A stretch of 64,000 nucleotides of DNA from Elusimicrobiota bacterium (GCA_041661185.1 JBAZUV010000001.1:224721-288720), one strand, 5' to 3'. Counted from the first letter of the stretch, positions 29,344-38,900 are shown. Numbers and translations: made by a program. The notes: a model not told the origin generated them from the letters alone.

Positions 29344-30891
29344 CTATTCTCTGAAAAGTGGATGTGTCTTTTTGATCTCCGCGACCATTTCTCGATGGAA
29401 TCTCTTCCAGCCCTGAGAGCCTGTGTAGTTCTGTTGGAGCTTGCTGGTTTCCCAGTTCTTCCATCCTGTTTTTAGGGGTTGGAGGTAGCTCTTAATTGTT
29501 TCGTGATCGAGAGTCCCGCCATGTGTCCGCAGCATAGACTTCAGGAGTTTTAGGAAAGCAGATATCCCCCGGTTAGTAGCTATGATGTAACGGTTGGGAT
29601 CTGCCCATTCCTTTTTGAACAAGCTTTGAATTGTTGAGAAATAAGTGCGAAGAGCCGTGTTGTATTCATCGGCGGTATTTGCGGTATAGTGCTTTCTTAG
29701 CAAGCCGCGGGGGCCCAAGAGTCCTTTGAGATCGTAGCCAGCGAAGCCTTTAAGCGTAATACGCTGGTCGCCGACATCTAATAGTCTAATGGCCTTCTTG
29801 AAGGGGCTGATCTTGTTGAGTTCTACGACGACGCGGATGGCCATGAGTTCATTGTCCGCTTGGCAGAGGACATCATCCTTGGTGTATTTGAGATATGCGA
29901 CAAGATTTGCATCCATCCTTCGGGAGTTGTCATTGATCGCGATAAACGCATCGCGCTTTTGTGAGTCGTCTAACTCGCGAAGCCCAGTCACAAGAACGCC
30001 GTAATTGCGCTGGGTTATCTCATCGCAATGGCTGAAGCCAAAAATCCGATGTTGGCCATCAATAATCTCCATCGAGGCATATTCGAGCGGGATGCTGAGT
30101 GCGACAAATCGCGAATCGCATCTGGAAAAATTGACAGGGTTGTCATGTTCGTTTTTGAACCTATCAGCATTCTTGAGATTATGGGAGACAACCTGTGGGC
30201 TTAGATGAAGCACGACGTTTGTTGGAAGGATAGAGTCTCTTTGAGAAAGAAATTTGGCAATGCTTGGCAACCGCTTGGTCGATAGCATGCGCTGGTAGGC
30301 ATTTGCGTCGCCTTGAGCTCGGCGAAATATGGCGCAGGTTTTGAGGAGCTTTTCAGCAGGCATTGAGAAGAGGAAGAGTTCGGTGGTTGAGTGCTTATTG
30401 GGTTGGGTAAGTCGGACAGCCGGGACCGTGAGTGTGGCTTTCTCCTCTCTTGTTGTTATGCCTAGGGAATGAATGATTTCATATCTGGACCACTTCCCAA
30501 TAGCGTTTGCGATGGCCTCGAAATATGCCAGCTCATCGAGCCCCCAAACCGTATCACCATTTTCTCTGGCGAACTGCCGATCTGCTTCGGTAATCTCGTG
30601 TTCTGTTGAAATAAATAGGACGGCATCCGCTTTCAGTTTCTTTTTGATAACGTCGTAATCGTGAACATGAGTCGAAAAAGACTCTTTGAGTTCCTTCCGT
30701 GCCTTATTCCACCCTACGATAGATATATCGAGTTCCTCTTCGGTAGCAAAAAGGTCGAGAGTCCGTTTCTTGCCACGAATATCCACCTCCTTTTCTGCGG
30801 GGTCGCTGGAGTGCGGCTGAGTTTTGAATCCGGCTTTGGAGAAAAGTTGCCACACGCGTTTGTTTAGGTGCGAACCTTTATTAATTGGCAT
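29344..30891 (-). CDS. DGQHR-domain (DndB-like, ParB/Srx superfamily) protein with N-terminal nuclease-like region
   Basis: Literal DGQHR motif (MEIIDGQHRIFGF). 515 aa. Lies 5 nt downstream of the restriction endonuclease gene. Confidence 0.7.
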   Translation of the reverse strand: MPINKGSHLNKRVWQLFSKAGFKTQPHSSDPAEKEVDIRGKKRTLDLFATEEELDISIVGWNKARKELKESFSTHVHDYDVIKKKLKADAVLFISTEHEITEADRQFARENGDTVWGLDELAYFEAIANAIGKWSRYEIIHSLGITTREEKATLTVPAVRLTQPNKHSTTELFLFSMPAEKLLKTCAIFRRAQGDANAYQRMLSTKRLPSIAKFLSQRDSILPTNVVLHLSPQVVSHNLKNADRFKNEHDNPVNFSRCDSRFVALSIPLEYASMEIIDGQHRIFGFSHCDEITQRNYGVLVTGLRELDDSQKRDAFIAINDNSRRMDANLVAYLKYTKDDVLCQADNELMAIRVVVELNKISPFKKAIRLLDVGDQRITLKGFAGYDLKGLLGPRGLLRKHYTANTADEYNTALRTYFSTIQSLFKKEWADPNRYIIATNRGISAFLKLLKSMLRTHGGTLDHETIKSYLQPLKTGWKNWETSKLQQNYTGSQGWKRFHREMVAEIKKTHPLFRE

Positions 30892-30896
30892 AGGGG

Positions 30897-31442
30897 CTAT
30901 ACGTCAATTAGGATGACCTTAACGGGCACGGCCGGGAAGTGGCGCTTGAGGCGTTCAATGTCGTAAATCAGTTGCTCGCCATAGGAGACGCCCGTGGACA
31001 TCTGCTTATGCATCGCATGGCAGGGCACGATCTCAATGCCGACATCTGCCTTGTTCTCATTGAAGAAATACTGAAACTTGGCCATGTCGTAGAACATGAA
31101 CGCATACTTTCCGAACTGAACCTCGACGAGGACTCGATTCTTGACGAAGTCTACCTGCTTGAAGGCCCCCTCCACACGTATGGGGTAGTTCGGAAGCTCA
31201 ATGGTGTAAGTGTCGCGAAGCTCCTTGTAGCCTCTGGCGTGGAACGCGGAATGAAACAGCGCGTTGATCTCCTTCGGGCTATAGAGGAGTTCGCCCGGCA
31301 TGGTCTTCTCTTTGCTGACCTTCGATTTCTTGAGATTCTTGATGCTAGCAATGACGTCGTCGATTTCTTTCTCAAGTTTCGGATAGCGCACCTTTAGAAT
31401 TTCGCTACCTCCCAGGTGGGAGTACTCGTAGGCTTTATGCAC
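30897..31442 (-). CDS. type II restriction endonuclease, BglII-like
   Basis: VLVEVQFGKYAFMF matches the BglII catalytic-core pattern (TLVEVQFSNYPFLL). Overlaps the methyltransferase gene by 8 nt. Confidence 0.65.
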   Translation of the reverse strand: MHKAYEYSHLGGSEILKVRYPKLEKEIDDVIASIKNLKKSKVSKEKTMPGELLYSPKEINALFHSAFHARGYKELRDTYTIELPNYPIRVEGAFKQVDFVKNRVLVEVQFGKYAFMFYDMAKFQYFFNENKADVGIEIVPCHAMHKQMSTGVSYGEQLIYDIERLKRHFPAVPVKVILIDV

Positions 31443-32463
31443 AGATTATCTCCTTGAGCAGTTTCTTGCCCGCTCGACTCCGTTTGCCATCCAGGAGGAA
31501 TAATTGGTCGAGCTTGTCCTTCCCATTGCCATAGGTGGTCTCTGGCGGCAATGATAGGCGCGAGCTCTTTGGGTCGTAGATCGGGCGGTTCATGGGTCGG
31601 GTACGGAGCTTCCCACTGGCCGCAAGCATGATGCGGTCTCTCGCGACCTTGATGTAGTTGGGCATGATGTCCGCACCAGCGGCCTTGCGGCCGTGCCGGA
31701 TCGCGGCTACGGCTGTCGTGCCCACACCCAGGAATGGGTCTAGGACTCTGTCTCCGGGGTTGGTCATCGAAAGCACTAGGCGCTCGATCAGTTCCACCGG
31801 GAACTGGCAGGGATGGATCGTCTTCTCTACATGGTTGTGCTTTACGTTTGGGATGACCCAAAGGTCTCCGGGATTCTTTCCGAGTGGGTTGCAGGAAAGC
31901 TGTCCCGCTTTCGGCCCCTTGAAGTATTTCTTGCCGGGATATTTCTGGGGGATTCGGACGGGATCCACGTTGAAGATGTAGTCGGAGGACTTGGTGAACC
32001 AGTTGATCGTTTCGTAGCGCCCGGAGAATCTTTTTGAGCAGTGCAGGCCATGCTCGAAGTGCCATATGATCCGATTGCGCATGCGCAGGCCAAGCTTGGC
32101 GAATATCGTGTAAAGTGGGATATCCAGCGGAACGATTTCGTCCTTGCCGATGTAATTGCCGACTTGCCAGCAGATGCTGCCATTGTTCGACAAGACCCGG
32201 ACACACTCCTTTATGACTGATTCCTGTTGCGCTAGATACTTCTCCAGCGAAACGCGTTTCTCATAGGACTTCCCGATGTTGTAGGGCGGTGAAGTGACGA
32301 TGAGCTGGACAGAGCTAGCGGGCATCGAAGCCAGCAGGTCTAAGCAGCTTCCTTGGAAGAGTACTACGTCGGCTTGGGGCTCATAGGACGAAGATATGCC
32401 GGGACCATTGGTTTCCCGGACGAGATGGTGGCCTTTGCGGCGTGGAATGCGATATTTAGTCAT
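31435..32463 (-). CDS. DNA methyltransferase (beta-class N4-cytosine/N6-adenine; SPPY motif)
   Basis: LIVTSPPYNIGK motif IV and a C-terminal FxGxG-like AdoMet motif (DPFLGVGTT). Confidence 0.85.
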   Translation of the reverse strand: MTKYRIPRRKGHHLVRETNGPGISSSYEPQADVVLFQGSCLDLLASMPASSVQLIVTSPPYNIGKSYEKRVSLEKYLAQQESVIKECVRVLSNNGSICWQVGNYIGKDEIVPLDIPLYTIFAKLGLRMRNRIIWHFEHGLHCSKRFSGRYETINWFTKSSDYIFNVDPVRIPQKYPGKKYFKGPKAGQLSCNPLGKNPGDLWVIPNVKHNHVEKTIHPCQFPVELIERLVLSMTNPGDRVLDPFLGVGTTAVAAIRHGRKAAGADIMPNYIKVARDRIMLAASGKLRTRPMNRPIYDPKSSRLSLPPETTYGNGKDKLDQLFLLDGKRSRAGKKLLKEIICA

Positions 32464-32656
32464 TGACCTTTCTGAGCAAGCGGCTCAGCTCCCTGCGATC
32501 ATAGAGACGGTACTGGTTCACGGGGTGTCGCCGACACACAAGTTTCCCGCTGCGATCCCATCTCCTTAATGTAAGAGCGGACACCCCTAAAAGTTCCGCA
32601 GCATCTTTTACCGTCATGAATTCTCGAAAAGTTTTCATTGCGGTCACCTTAATCAA
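32456..32656 (-). CDS. small HTH DNA-binding protein (MerR/excisionase-like); possible R-M controller
   Basis: MTVKDAAELLGVSALTLRRWDRSGKL helix-turn-helix. Overlaps the methyltransferase start. Confidence 0.55.
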   Translation of the reverse strand: MIKVTAMKTFREFMTVKDAAELLGVSALTLRRWDRSGKLVCRRHPVNQYRLYDRRELSRLLRKVND

Positions 32657-32774
32657 CGTTAATCATTCTACTAAGCATCAGCGATCGGGTCAAATTTCTC
32701 ATGCATGAACGGACTTGAGCTGTGCCGGAAACGAAGGTAGCTTGGGGTTGCCCTATAGGGCAAGGAGGCTACAG

Positions 32775-33071
32775 ATGCTTAATGAATCGAATCCGCAGTC
32801 TGATACACCGAAGGTTCTGCGGATCACACTGGCCATGCCGGTCCGCTTGCGGCGCATCACTAACGGCGAGAAGGTCATCTGGCAGACCGGGCCCGATGAC
32901 TGTGGAGTTGAGATCGTCGACGTGACAGACGACGCGCGTGCCCGACTTCAGGAGCTACTTAGAATTCTCGACGACGCCGAGCGTCAGCTACGCAAGCGGC
33001 GAAAAGTTCAAATCCCGTCGGGCCCTAAGACGACGGGGGCAATTACCCACCACAAGAACGAAGGCAAGTAG
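32775..33071 (+). CDS. AbrB/MazE-like small protein (paralog of 27292..27501)
   Basis: LAMPVRLRRITNGEKVIWQTGPDDCGVEIVDV. The 3' end contains the att-like repeat. Confidence 0.4.
   Translation: MLNESNPQSDTPKVLRITLAMPVRLRRITNGEKVIWQTGPDDCGVEIVDVTDDARARLQELLRILDDAERQLRKRRKVQIPSGPKTTGAITHHKNEGK
33006..33044 (+). repeat. att-like repeat R3 (GTTCAAATCCCGTCGGGCCC + TAAGACGACGGGGGCAATT)
   Basis: Same unit as R2. Contains the hairpin CCCGTCG...CGACGGG. Confidence 0.5.
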
Positions 33072-33157
33072 TCGGTAAGCGGGATGTGCGATTTGTGGAA
33101 TTATTCGGAAGCGCCTCGGTGTCCTCGACGAGAAAAATGGGATTGCGCTCCGTCGAG

Positions 33158-33193
33158 AAGTTCAAATCCCATCGTGAGGTGCAGTCGGGGGCA
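33158..33193 (+). repeat. att-like repeat R4 (degenerate: GTTCAAATCCCATCGTGAGG...GGGGGCAA)
   Basis: Degenerate third copy, 70 nt before tRNA-Asp. Confidence 0.35.
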
Positions 33194-33260
33194 AAAAAAC
33201 ACCGGCGCAATTTCTCTTATTATTCCTAGAGAAATTGCGCCGGGTTATCGCCAGAAGAGC

Positions 33261-33339
33261 TGGCGGGGTCGACGGGATTCGAACCCGCGGTCTCCGCCTT
33301 GACAGGGCGGCGTGTTAAACCAGGCTACACCACGACCCC
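33261..33339 (-). tRNA. tRNA-Asp (anticodon GTC), CCA encoded
   Basis: Reverse complement folds as a cloverleaf: acceptor GGGGTCG/CGACCCC, anticodon loop CTGTCAA, T-loop GTTCGAATC. Confidence 0.9.
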
Positions 33340-33433
33340 AAGAAATGAATCTTCCTGAAGTCGATTATAGCACATCCCGGCCCGGGCTTCCTCAAAAAGC
33401 GGGGCGCGATTTCCGCGCCGCCGGCGAAAAGCG

Positions 33434-33616
33434 CTAACGTTCTTTTTGGTCGTCGCGATCCATCATCTCAACGAGTTCGGAAAAGTCCGAGCTGAGGGTG
33501 CTGAAGCGTTCCTCGAGATGCTCCCATTCGGGGTCCGCATCCTTCACTTGGACCTTCTTTGTCGACGAGCGGACGGATTTTTTCGCCGGCTTCGCCGCTT
33601 TTTTCTTGATCGGCAT
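33434..33616 (-). CDS. hypothetical small basic protein
   Basis: 60-aa ORF; lysine-rich N-terminus. Confidence 0.25.
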   Translation of the reverse strand: MPIKKKAAKPAKKSVRSSTKKVQVKDADPEWEHLEERFSTLSSDFSELVEMMDRDDQKER

Positions 33617-33666
33617 AACCTTAGTATAGACCCCGGATAAAATTTCCGCCAGGGGGGACCTGCTTT

Positions 33667-34170
33667 TTACGGCAGGAGGTCCGCATAGGCTCCTTCAAGA
33701 AGGTCTTGACGCCGGATGCCCAGTTCCTTTATAAAACCTTCAGCAATGGCGCGGCCTTGCTCAGGGCTCTGGTCCGGCCGCAGGCAGACTTCGATCTCAA
33801 TGAAGCGGCCCATGGACTCGACCTCATCGAAGTGGATGCGCGTCTGTCCGCACAGGAAAAGGGTCCGCTCTTTGCGCACGACCTTGCCCTGGCCCAAGGC
33901 TTGGGCGAGCAGTCTTCGCATGCCTGCGGCATCGGCCACGGACGACATCTCGAAGGAGGACTGCTTCGGACCCGCGGTGTCGGGCCGCCGGTAGAAGATC
34001 ATATAGCTTTGCGCGTCTTGGCCCAGATCGCGGAGCTTGAGGCGTCCGCGGGAGCATTCGAAGAAGGTGTCTTCCTGCCGAAGCTTCTCCTCGCGGTCGG
34101 CCAAGGCGCGGGCGCGCGCTTGCTGGGCGTCCCAGTCCGCGGCGCGGGCCTTGATCTCGATGTTGGTCAT
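33667..34170 (-). CDS. CYTH-domain protein (class IV adenylate cyclase / triphosphatase-like)
   Basis: MTNIEIKARA start (ExExK CYTH signature). About 167 aa. Confidence 0.75.
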   Translation of the reverse strand: MTNIEIKARAADWDAQQARARALADREEKLRQEDTFFECSRGRLKLRDLGQDAQSYMIFYRRPDTAGPKQSSFEMSSVADAAGMRRLLAQALGQGKVVRKERTLFLCGQTRIHFDEVESMGRFIEIEVCLRPDQSPEQGRAIAEGFIKELGIRRQDLLEGAYADLLP

Positions 34171-34180
34171 GGGGAAAGTG

Positions 34181-34252
34181 TGGGCAGTGCAGGGTTCGAA
34201 CCTGCGACCCCCTCCTTGTAAGGGAGGTGCTCTACCGCTGAGCTAACTGCCC
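34181..34252 (-). tRNA. tRNA-Val (anticodon TAC), CCA not encoded
   Basis: Reverse complement: GGGCAGTTAGCTCAGCGGTAGAGCACCTCCCTTACAAGGAGGGGGTCGCAGGTTCGAACCCTGCACTGCCCA. All four stems pair. Confidence 0.85.
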
Positions 34253-34349
34253 GAAGCGTCCGTGCGTCCCGTCCCGCATATTATCTCAGATTTACAGACC
34301 CCTTGACGAACGGCTCCCCGCAGTCTATAACTTGACGGGTAACCGAACC

Positions 34350-34703
34350 ATGAAAAAAACAAAGAAGACCTCATGCCGCAAACCGAAGGCCAAGCCGTCG
34401 AGAACGGGTGCGGCGCGCGCGAAGAGCTCGTCGAAGAGCGCCGCGAAGTCTGGCGCTTTAGACGCGCCGGAGGCCGCGTTCAATCCCGAGGAGTTCCGCG
34501 TCGAGGAGGCGGCCCCGCGCGCGGAGCCGCGCTGGATCGAGGTGAGGTGTCCCTACTGCGACGAGCCCTTCGATATCCGCGTGGATCCTTCCGCGGAGGA
34601 AGGGCAGAGCATGGTGCAGGATTGCCAGGTCTGCTGCAAGACTATCCAGATCTCGGTGGACATCGAGGATGGAGAGATCTCCGTCTTCGCATCCCGCTCC
34701 TGA
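34350..34703 (+). CDS. CPXCG-type cysteine-rich small protein
   Basis: CPYCDEP...CQVCC motif. Lys-rich N-terminus. Confidence 0.55.
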   Translation: MKKTKKTSCRKPKAKPSRTGAARAKSSSKSAAKSGALDAPEAAFNPEEFRVEEAAPRAEPRWIEVRCPYCDEPFDIRVDPSAEEGQSMVQDCQVCCKTIQISVDIEDGEISVFASRS

Positions 34704-34715
34704 GCGCCGCGGTCG

Positions 34716-35078
34716 TTAACGAAGCTCTTCCAGGGTGAATTCCGTGCCCAGGTCGATGCGCGAGGAGGCCTCGGCCAGGGCGCGTTGAATGCGGCTTAGG
34801 CGCAAGTTCTTCTTTTTCGCCACGGTCAGGGACAGCGTGGGGGTCTCCTCGTCGAAGGAGGCCTCCTCTATTTCCGGCAGTTTGCGAAGCTCCCGGAGGA
34901 TGGCGCGCTTGCAGGCCTCGCAGAGTATTCCTCGCAATTTCGCGGTGTGCCGTCCTGGGGCCAGGGTCTTGGGCAGGATCGCTTCCACGGCCTTCGGCGC
35001 GGGGTCGGCTGCGAGAACCGAAACTGGGCTCGCAAAGGACAGGAATAAGGCGGCTAAGAAGATATGCATGACGGCCAC
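34716..35078 (-). CDS. secreted HMA-like (heavy-metal-associated fold) small protein
   Basis: Signal peptide, then GILCEACKRAILRELRKLPEIEE, which resembles the GMxCxxC HMA motif. Confidence 0.45.
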   Translation of the reverse strand: MAVMHIFLAALFLSFASPVSVLAADPAPKAVEAILPKTLAPGRHTAKLRGILCEACKRAILRELRKLPEIEEASFDEETPTLSLTVAKKKNLRLSRIQRALAEASSRIDLGTEFTLEELR

Positions 35079-35176
35079 CGTATCATAAAGGAAGGCGCTC
35101 CCTCCAGTTTTAATAGTAAACTCTGGTCGGGCCGATGAAGCGCGATTGCGGCCTGGGATATTCGGCGGAGGGTTCG

Positions 35177-35743
35177 ATGCGTGTTCTCAACGGTTGTGCA
35201 ATATGCGGATCCGGCGTATGGGCGCAAGTCCCTTCGTTGTTCCGTGCTTGCGGGTTGGACGTGCTGGCTTTCAGCCTGTTGACCGCGCTCGCGGCGCAGG
35301 CTGCCGTGCATCTTCCTTTTTCTCCGGTGCCCGTGACCGGGCAGACGCTCATGGTGCTTCTGGCCGGCGCGCTTCTGGGCCGCAAGCGCGGGGCCGCTGC
35401 CATGGCTGCGTACTTGGCCGAGGGGGCGTGCGGCCTGCCGGTGTTCGCGGCCGGCGCCTTCGGCATCCCGCATCTTCTGGGGCCGGCGGCCGGGTATCTG
35501 CTGGCCTTCCTGCCGGCGGCCTGGGTCGTGGGCGCGCTCGTGGAGAAAGGATGGGACCGGGGCCTGCGCGCGGCTGCGGCGTTCTTTATGGGGAGCATGC
35601 TCCTCCTTTCTTGCGGAAGCCTGGGGCTTCTGCGCTTCATGCCGCTTTCCGCTTGTTTGTGGTCCGGCTTCCTGCTCTTTGTGACGGGCGAAGTCCTCAA
35701 GATAGGCGCCGCGGTCTCAACCCTGGCTGTTTTCCGCAAGTAA
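35177..35743 (+). CDS. bioY: biotin transporter BioY (ECF S component)
   Basis: VPVTGQTLMVLLAGALLG and other BioY-typical transmembrane segments. Start uncertain. Confidence 0.8.
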   Translation: MRVLNGCAICGSGVWAQVPSLFRACGLDVLAFSLLTALAAQAAVHLPFSPVPVTGQTLMVLLAGALLGRKRGAAAMAAYLAEGACGLPVFAAGAFGIPHLLGPAAGYLLAFLPAAWVVGALVEKGWDRGLRAAAAFFMGSMLLLSCGSLGLLRFMPLSACLWSGFLLFVTGEVLKIGAAVSTLAVFRK

Positions 35744-35792
35744 GACCCACACCCCAACTCGGCATCACCGAAGGGAACAGCGGGTGGCGGAG

Positions 35793-35863
35793 GGGACGCA
35801 GACCTTCTTCCCGCTCCATTCGTGCGGGTGGAGGGTATGGGGCGGGAAGAAGGTCTGCGTCCC
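35793..35863. promoter_or_regulatory. 22-bp perfect inverted repeat GGGACGCAGACCTTCTTCCCGC / GCGGGAAGAAGGTCTGCGTCCC separated by 27 nt
   Basis: Seen directly in the sequence, 50 nt downstream of bioY. No U-tract. Confidence 0.5.
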
Positions 35864-35915
35864 AGGCCGCCAGGACCCGCCATGAAAATGGGTGAGGCCG
35901 TGATTAAAATTCCCA

Positions 35916-35944
35916 TTGACAGAGTTGCAGAGTTCCGTTAAACT
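35916..35944 (+). promoter_or_regulatory. sigma70-like promoter TTGACA-17nt-TAAACT upstream of the CHASE2 kinase gene
   Basis: Consensus -35 hexamer, 17-nt spacer, TAAACT -10. About 50 nt before the ATG. Confidence 0.55.
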
Positions 35945-35995
35945 CCCAAGATACGCTTTGGCGCACCCGTTTGCGCTGAGGGACGTGTTTTGCCG

Positions 35996-38900
35996 ATGAA
36001 AAAGACTTGGATACTCGACGTGCTGCTCGGACTCGCCGTGTCCCTTTTCGTGGGGGGCTCCTATGTGATGCAGGGAGCTTTCCTGGAGAGCCTGGAACTC
36101 AAGGCTTACGACGCGCGCGCGAAGTTCCGTCAGAGCCTGGAGCCGCCCACGGACGTGGTGCTCATCGCTATCGACGACGACTCCATCGCGCGCATGGGCC
36201 GCTGGCCCTGGCCGCGCACGCGCATCGCCGAGATGCTGGACCTGCTCGTTGCGGCCAAGCCCAAGGTCATCGGCTTGGACATCCTCTACAGCGAGCCCGA
36301 GGTCAACCCCGCCATCGCGGAGCTTGAGAATCTCAAGACGCGCTACGGGGAACTCCTTCAAGGCCGCAACATCGTCCAGAAGAAGGGCGTGGATTTCCAG
36401 AACGAGTTCTCCTCCATGGCGGTCCGTCTGGATACGGACTCCCGCCTGCTGGCCTCGCTGACCACGGCGCAGAACGTGGTCCTGCCCATGTTCTTCTCCG
36501 GCGGCGGCCTGCTGGGCGCCAAGCCCGAGGAGCTCCCGCCCGCGCTCTCGAGCGCGGCGCTCACCGCGCGCGTGACGCGCGCCGAGGCCGGGTTCCAGGA
36601 CGTCGAGGGCGGAAAGCCCGTGTATCCGATCCTTCCCTTCCTTAAAGCTTCGGCCGGCGTGGGACACGTGAGCATCTATCCGGATCTCGACGGCGTGGTT
36701 CGCCGCGAGGTGCCCGCGGTCAAGTACGGCGCGTCCTATTTCCCGTCCTACGCCCTGGCGCTCACGGCCCGCTACCTGGGCATCAAACCCGACGAGATCC
36801 TTGTGACTCCCGGCAGTTCCATCGAGCTGGGCAAGCTCAAGATCCCGCTCGACGAGCAGCAGTCCATGCTGGTCACCTTCAACGGTCCGGACCATACCTT
36901 CCGCTATTATTCCTTCCACGAGGTGCTCAACGGCAAGGTGTCCATGGACGTGTTCAAGGACAAAATCGTCATCCTGGGGCCCTCGGCCGCGGGCATCGCC
37001 ACGCTTTACGTGACGCCCGTGGCGCAGTCCCTGCCTTCCGTGGAGTTCATCGCCAACGTCATCGAGAACATACTGGGCCAGCGCTTCCTCGTGCGTCCGC
37101 CGTGGGCCGTGCGCCTGGAACTGGGGCTCATCGCTTTCTGCGCATTCTTCGTCATGTTCCTCCTTCCGCGCCTGAAGGCCTTGGGCGGCGCGATCATCAC
37201 GGCCCTGCTCTTGGCCGCGGCCATGGGCGCGGGCGGCTGGCTCTTCGTGGAGCGCGGGGAGTGGATCAAGGTCATCTATCCCTGCTTCCTGCTGGCCGCG
37301 GGCTACGTCGTCATCGTGACCAAGCGATTCCTCGTCACGGAGAAGGGCAAGGAGCTCGTGGAGGCCTCTGCCATCGAGACCAACAAGATGCTCGGGCTTT
37401 CCTTCCAGGGCCAGGGCATGTTCGACCTTGCGTTCGAGAAGTTCCGGCTCTGCCCGGTCGACGACAACATGAAGGAGACGCTCTACAGCCTGGCTCTGGA
37501 CTTCGAGCGCAAGCGCCAGTACGGGAAGGCCGTCAACGTCTACAAGCACGTTTCGGCGCACGATCCCAAATATAAGGATATCGTCGAGAAGATCAAGACC
37601 CTTTCTGCCGCGGCCGAAGGCGCGGTGTTCGGCGGCATCGGCCAGAAGGGCGGGGAAGGCACGGTGATGGTGACCGCGGGCGCCACCAAGCCCATGCTCG
37701 GCCGCTACGAGATCATCAAGGAACTCGGCCGCGGAGCCATGGGCATCGTCTATCTCGGCAAGGACCCCAAGATCAACCGGCAGGTGGCAATCAAGACCCT
37801 CATGCTCGAGGAGGGCGGCACTCCCGAGGAGACAAAGCAGATCAAGGAGCGCTTCTTCCGCGAGGCCGAGAGCGCGGGCACGCTGAATCATCCGAACATC
37901 GTGCGCATCTACGACGCGGGCGAGGAGCAGGACATCTGCTACATCGCCATGGAGCTGCTCGACGGCCATGATCTGACGCGCTACTGCGGCAAGGAGAACC
38001 GGCTCGATGCGCTGACGGCCATGGAGTACGTTGCCCGCGTGGCCGAGGGGCTCGACTACGCGCACAACCAGGGCATCATCCACCGCGACATCAAGCCCGC
38101 CAACATCATGCTGCTCAATGACGGCTCCGTGCGCGTGGCGGACTTCGGCATCGCGCGCATCGCGGCCTCCTCGAAGACCGCCACCGGCACGGTGATGGGC
38201 ACTCCTTCCTATATGAGCCCGGAGCAGATCGCTGGACGCAAGGTGGACGGCCGCTCGGACCTCTTCAGCCTGGGAGTGACCCTTTTCGAACTGCTTACGG
38301 GCGAGAAGCCTTTCAAGGGCGGAGACGGCATCGGCACGCTGCTCTTTCAGATCGCCAACGAGCCGGAGCCGGAGCCTTTGCAGATCGAGCCCAAGCTGCC
38401 GCGGCGCGTGAGCGCCATCGTGCATAAGGCGCTCAAGAAGAACGCGGACGAACGCCACCAGAAGGGCTCGGAGTTGGCCGCACAACTGCGGGCCTGCATC
38501 GAGGCCGTCAAGAGCGGCGCCGGCGATGAGGCGCAGACCGAGGAGGTCACGGCTGCGGCGGTTGTTCCTATCGTGGAGGCTGCGCCTGTCGTTGAGCCTG
38601 CGGCCGTCGAAGCTCCAGTTCCTGTCGTGGAGGCCGTGCCGGAGCCGGTCGTCGAAGCTTCTGTTTCGGAATCCACGATCGTTGAGTCTCCCGTGCCGGA
38701 ACCGGCAGCGACTTTTGAGATCCCTGTTCCCGTGCAGGAGACCGCGGCCGTTGACGCTCCCGTTTCGGAAGCCGCGGTCATGTCCGCGCCTGTCCAGGAG
38801 TCCACGTTCGTGGAGGCTCCTGCTCCTGAGCCCACGGTGGTCGAGGCTCCTGCGCCGGAGCCGCAGATCCATCTGCAGCCCTTCGATGTCCCTGCGGACT

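Noticed and set aside
33084-33302. 72-aa + strand ORF overlapping tRNA-Asp
   Set aside because: Overlaps the tRNA gene and the R4 repeat. No RBS and an odd composition; most likely not coding.
27506-33339. Simple model of an island integrated into the resident tRNA-Asp with direct repeats of its 3' end
   Set aside because: The tRNA-like repeats are in + orientation whereas the tRNA-Asp gene is on the minus strand, and its 3' end is 70 nt from R4. A direct attL/attR relationship with this tRNA copy does not hold, so it is reported as an open observation instead.
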